A stretch of 64,000 nucleotides of DNA from Lingula anatina (Eukaryota > Animalia > Brachiopoda), in assembly GCA_051362555.1 (NCBI GenBank), contig JBPQGU010000016.1, positions 3,844,001 to 3,908,000 of the forward strand. The letters run 5' to 3'. A program made the translations under genes and the position numbers. Below the pieces are notes generated by a model, which was given only the letters and a program-made list of their open reading frames with translations, was not told the DNA's origin and made no database searches. This document shows, one piece after another, positions 54,145-64,000 of this stretch (its first letter is position 1; the number at the start of each line of letters is the position of its first letter).

Positions 54145-57100
54145 ATGAAAATTTTTTTCTTCATTATAGTGTCAGGTAGGTGTGTTCGGTCATTTGTAGT
54201 AAGAATAAAGTGCTGGAAGAGTGGTGGTGTCAACATTAAGGAAGAAATAGAGCAAAAACTCTCTCTCCCCCCCCCCCCTCTCAGATTCTGTTCTCAGAGC
54301 TTATTTTTGGATCATCTTTAAAGCTAGAATTGGGGGCCTTGATGAAGTGACCAGGGCGCGTTTCCACATTTTTTATGAATGACAGGTGTGGTAGATTGAT
54401 TTTCGTCACTTTTTGGAAAAATCGGAGACTGGTCGATTTTTGGTGATTTTGAGTGATTTTGAACAGTGCCGGCACTGTGAGATTTCTTCAATTTTGGCCA
54501 GGTAGGGATGAAAATTTTTTTTCTTCATTATAGTGTCAGGTAGGTGTGTTCGGTCATTTGTAGTAAGAATAAAGTGCTGGAAGAGTGGTGGTGTCAACAT
54601 TAAGGAAGAAAAAGAGCAAAAACTCTCTCTCCCCCCCCCTCTCAGATTCTGTTCTCAGAGCTTATTTTTGGATCATCTTTAAAAAGCTAGAATTGGGGGC
54701 CTTGATGAAGTGACCCGGGCGCGTTTCCACATTTTTTATGAATGACAGGTGTGGTAGATTGATTTTCGTCACTTTTTGGAAAAATCGGAGACGGGTCGAT
54801 TTTTGGTGATTTTGAGTGATTTTGAACAGTGCCGGCACTGTGTGATTTCTTCAATTTTGGCCAGGTAGGGATGAAAATTTTTTTTCTTCATTATAGTGTC
54901 AGGTAGGTGTGTTCGGTCATTTGTAGTAAGAATAAAGTGCTGGAAGAGTGGTGGTGTCAACATTAAGGAAGAAATAGAGCAAAAACTCTCTCTCCCCCCC
55001 CCCCCCTCTCAGATTCTGTTCTCAGAGCTTATTTTTGGATCATCTTTAAAAAGCTTGAATTGGGGGCCTTGATGAAGTGACCCGGGCGCGTTTCCACATT
55101 TTTTATGAATGACAGGTGTGGTAGATTGATTTTCGTCACTTTTTGGAAAAATCGGAGACGGGTCGATTTTTGGTGATTTTGAGTGATTTTGAACAGTGCC
55201 GACACTGTGAGATTTCTTCAATTTTGGCCAGGTAGGGATGAAAATTTTTTTTCTTCATTATAGTGTCAGGTAGGTGTGTTCGGTCATTTGTAGTAAGAAT
55301 AAAGTGCTGGAAGAGTGGTGGTGTCAACATTAAGGAAGAAATAGAGCAAAAACTCTCTCTCCCCCCCCCCTCTCAGATTCTGTTCTCAGAGCTTATTTTT
55401 GGATCATCTTTAAAAAGCTAGAATTGGGGGCCTTGATGAAGTGACCCGGGCGCGTTTCCACATTTTTTATGAATGACAGGTGTGGTAGATTGATTTTCGT
55501 CACTTTTTGGAAAAATCGGAGACGGGTCGATTTTTGGTGATTTTGAGTGATTTTGAACAGTGCCGGCACTGTGAGATTTCTTCAATTTTGGCCAGGTAGG
55601 GATGAAAATTTTTTTCTTCATTATAGTGTCAGGTAGGTGTGTTCGGTCATTTGTAGTAAGAATAAAGTGCTGGAAGAGTGGTGGTGTCAACATTAAGGAA
55701 GAAATAGAGCAAAAACTCTCTCTCCCCCCCCCCTCTCAGATTCTGTTCTCAGAGCTTATTTTTGGATCATCTTTAAAGCTAGAATTGGGGGCCTTGATGA
55801 AGTGACCAGGGCGCGTTTCCACATTTTTTATGAATGACAGGTGTGGTAGATTGATTTTCGTCACTTTTTGGAAAAATCGGAGACTGGTCGATTTTTGGTG
55901 ATTTTGAGTGATTTTGAACAGTGCCGGCACTGTGAGATTTCTTCAATTTTGGCCAGGTAGGGATGAAAATTTTTTTTCTTCATTATAGTGTCAGGTAGGT
56001 GTGTTCGGTCATTTGTAGTAAGAATAAAGTGCTGGAAGAGTGGTGGTGTCAACATTAAGGAAGAAAAAGAGCAAAAACTCTCTCTCCCCCCCCCTCTCAG
56101 ATTCTGTTCTCAGAGCTTATTTTTGGATCATCTTTAAAAAGCTAGAATTGGGGGCCTTGATGAAGTGACCCGGGCGCGTTTCCACATTTTTTATGAATGA
56201 CAGGTGTGGTAGATTGATTTTCGTCACTTTTTGGAAAAATCGGAGACGGGTCGATTTTTGGTGATTTTGAGTGATTTTGAACAGTGCCGGCACTGTGAAA
56301 TTTCTTCAATTTTGGCCAGGTAGGGATGAAAATTTTTTTTCTTCATTATAGTGTCAGGTAGGTGTGTTCGGTCATTTGTAGTAAGAATAAAGTGCTGGAA
56401 GAGTGGTGGTGTCAACATTAAGGAAGAAATAGAGCAAAAACTCTCTCTCCCCCCCTCCTCTCAGATTCTGTTCTCAGAGCTTATTTTTGGATCATCTTTA
56501 AAGCTAGAATTGGGGGCCTTGATGAAGTGACCCGGGCGCGTTTCCACATTTTTTATGAATGACAGGTGTGGTAGATTGATTTTCGTCACTTTTTGGAAAA
56601 ATCGGAGATGGGTCGATTTTTGGTGATTTTGAATGATTTTGAACAGTGCCGGCACTGTGAGATTTCTTCAATTTTGGCCAGGTAGGGATGAAAATTTTTT
56701 TCTTCATTATAGTGTCAGGTAGGTGTGTTCGGTCATTTGTAGTAAGAATAAAGTGCTGGAAGAGTGGTGGTGTCAACATTAAGGAAGAAATAGAGCAAAA
56801 ACTCTCTCTCCCCCCCCCCCTCTCAGATTCTGTTCTCAGAGCTTATTTTTGGATCATCTTTAAAGCTAGAATTGGGGGCCTTGATGAAGTGACCAGGGCG
56901 CGTTTCCACATTTTTTATGAATGACAGGTGTGGTAGATTGATTTTCGTCACTTTTTGGAAAAATCGGAGACTGGTCGATTTTTGGTGATTTTGAGTGATT
57001 TTGAACAGTGCCGGCACTGTGAGATTTCTTCAATTTTGGCCAGGTAGGGATGAAAATTTTTTTTCTTCATTATAGTGTCAGGTAGGTGTGTTCGGTCATT

Positions 57101-59200
57101 TGTAGTAAGAATAAAGTGCTGGAAGAGTGGTGGTGTCAACATTAAGGAAGAAAAAGAGCAAAAACTCTCTCTCCCCCCCCCTCTCAGATTCTGTTCTCAG
57201 AGCTTATTTTTGGATCATCTTTAAAAAGCTAGAATTGGGGGCCTTGATGAAGTGACCCGGGCGCGTTTCCACATTTTTTATGAATGACAGGTGTGGTAGA
57301 TTGATTTTCGTCACTTTTTGGAAAAATCGGAGACGGGTCGATTTTTGGTGATTTTGAGTGATTTTGAACAGTGCCGGCACTGTGTGATTTCTTCAATTTT
57401 GGCCAGGTAGGGATGAAAATTTTTTTTCTTCATTATAGTGTCAGGTAGGTGTGTTCGGTCATTTGTAGTAAGAATAAAGTGCTGGAAGAGTGGTGGTGTC
57501 AACATTAAGGAAGAAATAGAGCAAAAACTCTCTCTCCCCCCCCCCCTCTCTGATTCTGTTCTCAGAGCTTATTTTTGGATCATCTTTAAAAAGCTTGAAT
57601 TGGGGGCCTTGATGAAGTGACCCGGGCGCGTTTCCACATTTTTTATGAATGACAGGTGTGGTAGATTGATTTTCGTCACTTTTTGGAAAAATCGGAGACG
57701 GGTCGATTTTTGGTGATTTTGAGTGATTTTGAACAGTGCCGACACTGTGAGATTTCTTCAATTTTGGCCAGGTAGGGATGAAAATTTTTTTTCTTCATTA
57801 TAGTGTCAGGTAGGTGTGTTCGGTCATTTGTAGTAAGAATAAAGTGCTGGAAGAGTGGTGGTGTCAACATTAAGGAAGAAATAGAGCAAAAACTCTCTCT
57901 CCCCCCCCCCTCTCAGATTCTGTTCTCAGAGCTTATTTTTGGATCATCTTTAAAAAGCTAGAATTGGGGGCCTTGATGAAGTGACCCGGGCGCGTTTCCA
58001 CATTTTTTATGAATGACAGGTGTGGTAGATTGATTTTCGTCACTTTTTGGAAAAATCGGAGACGGGTCGATTTTTGGTGATTTTGAGTGATTTTGAACAG
58101 TGCCGGCACTGTGAGATTTCTTCAATTTTGGCCAGGTAGGGATGAAAATTTTTTTCTTCATTATAGTGTCAGGTAGGTGTGTTCGGTCATTTGTAGTAAG
58201 AATAAAGTGCTGGAAGAGTGGTGGTGTCAACATTAAGGAAGAAATAGAGCAAAAACTCTCTCTCCCCCCCCACCTCTCAGATTCTGTTCTCAGAGCTTAT
58301 TTTTGGATCATCTTTAAAGCTAGAATTGGGGGCCTTGATGAAGTGACCAGGGCGCGTTTCCACATTTTTTATGAATGACAGGTGTGGTAGATTGATTTTC
58401 GTCACTTTTTGGAAAAATCGGAGACTGGTCGATTTTTGGTGATTTTGAGTGATTTTGAACAGTGCCGGCACTGTGAGATTTCTTCAATTTTGGCCAGGTA
58501 GGGATGAAAATTTTTTTTCTTCATTATAGTGTCAGGTAGGTGTGTTCGGTCATTTGTAGTAAGAATAAAGTGCTGGAAGAGTGGTGGTGTCAACATTAAG
58601 GAAGAAAAAGAGCAAAAACTCTCTCTCCCCCCCCCTCTCAGATTCTGTTCTCAGAGCTTATTTTTGGATCATCTTTAAAAAGCTAGAATTGGGGGCCTTG
58701 ATGAAGTGACCCGGGCGCGTTTCCACATTTTTTATGAATGACAGGTGTGGTAGATTGATTTTCGTCACTTTTTGGAAAAATCGGAGACGGGTCGATTTTT
58801 GGTGATTTTGAGTGATTTTGAACAGTGCCGGCACTGTGAAATTTCTTCAATTTTGGCCAGGTAGGGATGAAAATTTTTTTTCTTCATTATAGTGTCAGGT
58901 AGGTGTGTTCGGTCATTTGTAGTAAGAATAAAGTGCTGGAAGAGTGGTGGTGTCAACATTAAGGAAGAAATAGAGCAAAAACTCTCTCTCCCCCCCCCTC
59001 CTCTCAGATTCTGTTCTCAGAGCTTATTTTTGGATCATCTTTAAAGCTAGAATTGGGGGCCTTGATGAAGTGACCCGGGCGCGTTTCCACATTTTTTATG
59101 AATGACAGGTGTGGTAGATTGATTTTCGTCACTTTTTGGAAAAATCGGAGATGGGTCGATTTTTGGTGATTTTGAGTGATTTTGAACAGTGCCGGCACTG
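54145..59200. repeat. 7-monomer (4+3) higher-order repeat x2 (~2541-bp period)
   Basis: GACCAGGG at 54353/56895 and 55808/58349; TGTGTGATTT at 54843/57385; GTGAAATTT at 56299/58840. Boundaries are approximate. Confidence 0.85.
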
Positions 59201-62200
59201 TGAGATTTCTTCAATTTTGGCCAGGTAGGGATGAAAATTTTTTTTCTTCATTATAGTGTCAGGTAGGTGTGTTCGGTCATTTGTAGTAAGAATAAAGTGC
59301 TGGAAGAGTGGTGGTGTCAACATTAAGGAAGAAATAGAGCAAAAACTCTCTCTCCCCCCCCCTCTCAGATTCTGTTCTCAGAGCTTATTTTTGGATCATC
59401 TTTAAAGCTAGAATTGGGGGCCTTGATGAAGTGACCCGGGCGCGTTTCCACATTTTTTATGAATGACAGGTGTGGTAGATTGATTTTCGTCACTTTTTGG
59501 AAAAATCGGAGACGGGTCGATTTTTGGTGATTTTGAGTAATTTTGAACAGTGCCGGCACTGTGAGATTTCTTCAATTTTGGCCAGGTAGGGATGAAAATT
59601 TTTTTTCTTCATTATAGTGTCAGGTAGGTGTGTTCGGTCATTTGTAGTAAGAATAAAGTGCTGGAAGAGTGGTGGTGTCAACATTAAGGAAGAAATAGAG
59701 CAAAAAACTCTCTCTCCCCCCCTCCCCCCTCTCAGATTCTGTTCTCAGAGCTTATTTTTGGATCATCTTTAAAGCTAGAATTGGGGGCCTTGATGAAGTG
59801 ACCCGGGCACGTTTCCACATTTTTTATGAATGACAGGTGTGGTAGATTGATTTTCGTCACTTTTTGGAAGAATCGGAGACGGGTCGATTTTTGGTGATTT
59901 TGAGTGATTTTGAACAGTGCCGGCACTGTGTGATTTCTTCAATTTTGGCCAGGTAGGGATGAAAATTTTTTTTCTTCATTATAGTGTCAGGTAGGTGTGT
60001 TCGGTCATTTGTAGTAAGAATAAAGTGCTGGAAGAGTGGTGGTGTCAACATTAAGGAAGAAATAGAGCAAAAACTCTCTCTCCCCCCCTCCCCCCTCTCA
60101 GATTCTGTTCTCAGAGCTTATTTTTGGATCATCTTTAAAGCTAGAATTGGGGGCCTTGATGAAGTGACCCAGGCGCGTTTCCACATTTTTTATGAATGAC
60201 AGGTGTGGTAGATTGATTTTCGTCACTTTTTGGAAAAATCGGAGACGGGTCGATTTTTGGTGATTTTGAGTGATTTTGAACAGTGCCGGCACTGTGAGAT
60301 TTCTTCAATTTTGGCCAGGTAGGGATGAAAATTTTTTTTTTCATTATAGTGTCAGGTAGGTGTGTTCGGTCATTTGTAGTAAGAATAAAGTGCTGGAAGA
60401 GTGGTGGTGTCAACATCAAGGAAGAAATAGAGCAAAAACTCTCTCTCCCCCCCCCCCCCCTCTCAGATTCTGTTCTCAGAGCTTATTTTTGGATCATCTT
60501 TAAAGCTAGAATTGGGGGCCTTGATGAAGTGACCCGGGCGCGTTTCCACATTTTTTATGAATGACAGGTGTGGTAGATTGATTTTCGTCACTTTTTGGAA
60601 AAATCGGAGACGGGTCGATTTTTGGTGATTTTGAGTGATTTTGAACAGTGCCGGCACTGTGAGATTTCTTCAATTTTGGCCAGGTAGGGATAGAAAATTT
60701 TTTTTCTTCATTATAGTGTCAGGTAGGTGTGTTCGGTCATTTGTAGTAAGAATAAAGTGCTGGAAGAGTGGTGGTGTCAACATTAAGGAAGAAATAGAGC
60801 AAAAAACTCTCTCTCCCCCCCTCCCCCCTCTCAGATTCTGTTCTCAGAGCTTATTTTTGGATCATCTTTAAAGCTAGAATTGGGGGCCTTGATGAAGTGA
60901 CCCGGGCGCGTTTCCACATTTTTTATGAATGACAGGTGTGGTAGATTGATTTTCGTCACTTTTTGGAAGAATCGGAGACGGGTCGATTTTTGTTGATTTT
61001 GAGTGATTTTGAACAGTGCCGGCACTGTGTGATTTCTTCAATTTTGGCCAGGTAGGGATGAAAATTTTTTTTCTTCATTATAGTGTCAGGTAGGTGTGTT
61101 CGGTCATTTGTAGTAAGAATAAAGTGCTGGAAGAGTGGTGGTGTCAACATTAAGGAAGAAATAGAGCAAAAACTCTCTCTCCCCCCCTCCCCCCTCTCAG
61201 ATTCTGTTCTCAGAGCTTATTTTTGGATCATCTTTAAAGCTAGAATTGGGGGCCTTGATGAAGTGACCCAGGCGCGTTTCCACATTTTTTATGAATGACA
61301 GGTGTGGTAGATTGATTTTCGTCACTTTTTGGAAAAATCGGAGACGGGTCGATTTTTGGTGATTTTGAGTGATTTTGAACAGTGCCGGCACTGTGAGATT
61401 TCTTCAATTTTGGCCAGGTACGGATGAAAATTTTTTTTTTCATTATAGTGTCAGGTAGGTGTGTTCGGTCATTTGTAGTAAGAATAAAGTGCTGGAAGAG
61501 TGGTGGTGTCAACATCAAGGAAGAAATAGAGCAAAAACTCTCTCTCCCCCCCCCCCCCCTCTCAGATTCTGTTCTCAGAGCTTATTTTTGGATCATCTTT
61601 AAAGCTAGAATTGGGGGCCTTGATGAAGTGACCCGGGCGCGTTTCCACATTTTTTATGAATGACAGGTGTGGTAGATTGATTTTCGTCACTTTTTGGAAA
61701 AATCGGAGATGGGTCGATTTTTGGTGATTTTGAGTGATTTTGAACAGTGCCGGCACTGTGAGATTTCTTCAATTTTGGCCAGGTAGGGATGAAAATTTTT
61801 TTTCTTCATTATAGTGTCAGGTAGGTGTGTTCGGTCATTTGTAGTAAGAATAAAGTGCTGGAAGAGTGGTGGTGTCAACATTAAGGAAGAAATAGAGCAA
61901 AAACTCTCTCTCCCCCCCCCCTCTCAGATTCTGTTCTCAGAGCTTATTTTTGGATCATCTTTAAAGCTAGAATTGGGGGCCTTGATGAAGTGACCCGGGC
62001 GCGTTTCCACATTTTTTATGAATGACAGGTGTGGTAGATTGATTTTCGTCACTTTTTGGAAAAATCGGAGACGGGTCGATTTTTGGTGATTTTGAGTGAT
62101 TTTGAACAGTGCCGGCACTGTGAGATTTCTTCAATTTTGGCCAGGTAGGGATGAAAATTTTTTTTCTTCATTATAGTGTCAGGTAGGTGTGTTCGGTCAT

Positions 62201-64000
62201 TTGTAGTAAGAATAAAGTGCTGGAAGAGTGGTGGTGTCAACATTAAGGAAGAAATAGAGCAAAAAACTCTCTCTCCCCCCCTCCCCCCTCTCAGATTCTG
62301 TTCTCAGAGCTTATTTTTGGATCATCTTTAAAGCTAGAATTGGGGGCCTTGATGAAGTGACCCGGGCGCGTTTCCACATTTTTTATGAATGACAGGTGTG
62401 GTAGATTGATTTTCGTCACTTTTTGGAAGAATCGGAGACGGGTCGATTTTTGGTGATTTTGAGTGATTTTGAACAGTGCCGGCACTGTGTGATTTCTTCA
62501 ATTTTGGCCAGGTAGGAATGAAAATTTTTTTTCTTCATTATAGTGTCAGGTAGGTGTGTTCGGTCATTTGTAGTAAGAATAAAGTGCTGGAAGAGTGGTG
62601 GTGTCAACATTAAGGAAGAAATAGAGCAAAAACTCTCTCTCCCCCCCTCCCCCCTCTCAGATTCTGTTCTCAGAGCTTATTTTTGGATCATCTTTAAAGC
62701 TAGAATTGGGGGCCTTCATGAAGTGACCCAGGCGCGTTTCCACATTTTTTATGAATGACAGGTGTGGTAGATTGATTTTCGTCACTTTTTGGAAAAATCG
62801 GAGACGGGTCGATTTTTGGTGATTTTGAGTGATTTTGAACAGTGCCGGCACTGTGAGATTTCTTCAATTTTGGCCAGGTAGGGATGAAAATTTTTTTTTT
62901 CATTATAGTGTCAGGTAGGTGTGTTCGGTCATTTGTAGTAAGAATAAAGTGCTGGAAGAGTGGTGGTGTCAACATCAAGGAAGAAATAGAGCAAAAACTC
63001 TCTCTCCCCCCCCCCCCCCTCTCAGATTCTGTTCTCAGAGCTTATTTTTGGATCATCTTTAAAGCTAGAATTGGGGGCCTTGATGAAGTGACCCGGGCGC
63101 GTTTCCACATTTTTTATGAATGACAGGTGTGGTAGATTGATTTTCGTCACTTTTTGGAAAAATCGGAGACGGGTCGATTTTTGGTGATTTTGAGTGATTT
63201 TGAACAGTGCCGGCACTGTGAGATTTCTTCAATTTTGGCCAGGTAGGGATAGAAAATTTTTTTTCTTCATTATAGTGTCAGGTAGGTGTGTTCGGTCATT
63301 TGTAGTAAGAATAAAGTGCTGGAAGAGTGGTGGTGTCAACATTAAGGAAGAAATAGAGCAAAAAACTCTCTCTCCCCCCCTCCCCCCTCTCAGATTCTGT
63401 TCTCAGAGCTTATTTTTGGATCATCTTTAAAGCTAGAATTGGGGGCCTTGATGAAGTGACCCGGGCGCGTTTCCACATTTTTTATGAATGACAGGTGTGG
63501 TAGATTGATTTTCGTCACTTTTTGGAAGAATCGGAGACGGGTCGATTTTTGGTGATTTTGAGTGATTTTGAACAGTGCCGGCACTGTGTGATTTCTTCAA
63601 TTTTGGCCAGGTAGGGATGAAAATTTTTTTTCTTCATTATAGTGTCAGGTAGGTGTGTTCGGTCATTTGTAGTAAGAATAAAGTGCTGGAAGAGTGGTGG
63701 TGTCAACATTAAGGAAGAAATAGAGCAAAAACTCACTCTCCCCCCCTCCCCCCTCTCAGATTCTGTTCTCAGAGCTTATTTTTGGATCATCTTTAAAGCT
63801 AGAATTGGGGGCCTTGATGAAGTGACCCAGGCGCGTTTCCACATTTTTTATGAATGACAGGTGTGGTAGATTGATTTTCGTCACTTTTTGGAAAAATCGG
63901 AGACGGGTCGATTTTTGGTGATTTTGAGTGATTTTGAACAGTGCCGGCACTGTGAGATTTCTTCAATTTTGGCCAGGTAGGGATGAAAATTTTTTTTTTC
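59100..64000. repeat. 7-monomer higher-order repeat x2 (~2559-bp period) with a nested 3-monomer duplication; runs off the window end
   Basis: GAGATGGG at 59152/61710; GGGATAGAAAA insertion at 60692/63251; GGAAGAATC at 59870, 60969, 62429, 63528; GACCCAGG at 60171, 61270, 62730, 63829. Confidence 0.88.

Larger units (their letters stand above)
1..64000. repeat. Tandem satellite DNA array, ~363-bp monomer, ~176 head-to-tail copies; both array ends lie outside the window
   Basis: The unit GATTTTGAACAGTGCCGGCACTGTGAG...GGTCGATTTTTGGTGATTTTGAGT recurs from position 1, 375, 738, 1101 and onward. Identical short ORFs recur every ~363 bp across the whole ORF track. I saw no orientation switch or unique sequence. 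Confidence 0.99.
39301..64000. repeat. Diverged subarray ('TTTTCGTCAC' monomer subtype) containing local higher-order repeats, ~68 copies
   Basis: From 39541 the site reads G (TTTTCGTCAC; ORF track ...QKVTKI...), or the derived A at 40265 and 42070. Many shared substitutions recur at multi-monomer spacings. Confidence 0.95.

Noticed and set aside
79-63950. Recurrent 60-149 aa ORFs on both strands (MSGRCV..., MPALFK..., MLTPPL...)
   Set aside because: They are short, overlapping and have no recognisable domain. They mostly use non-ATG starts and are freely frameshifted by poly-C length changes, so they are by-products of the repeat.
1-64000. CRISPR array
   Set aside because: There are no unique spacers (the entire 363 bp repeats) and no cas genes.
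1-64000. Whole array as a rolling-circle or sequencing concatemer artefact
   Set aside because: Heritable shared variants, nested higher-order repeats and a CpG-type mutation pattern indicate a genuine evolved array, although copy number in the identical core could still be mis-assembled.

Overview
The whole 64-kb window is one uninterrupted head-to-tail tandem array (satellite DNA) of a ~363-bp monomer: about 176 copies, ~42% GC by my hand count of one monomer, a single orientation, and no insertions of foreign sequence seen. I find no credible protein-coding gene, RNA gene or CRISPR array; all ORFs in the track are short by-products of the repeat. The array has two layers. The first is a near-identical core (1 to ~39,300, about 108 copies) that varies mainly in the length of a poly-C tract. 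The second is a more diverged layer (~39,300-64,000, about 68 copies) marked by a C>G switch and organised into short local higher-order repeats (5-, 4-, 2-, 3-, 7- and 7-mers, each about twice). This is the layered architecture known from eukaryotic (peri)centromeric satellites, but centromere function and organism cannot be determined from sequence alone. The most intriguing monomer feature is a perfect 16-bp palindrome, ACAGTG-CCGG-CACTGT. It can be read as a tail-to-head junction of a 359-bp CAC...GTG unit separated by a 4-bp spacer, raising the unproven possibility that the satellite arose from tandem copies of a CMC/Chapaev-like non-autonomous transposon.
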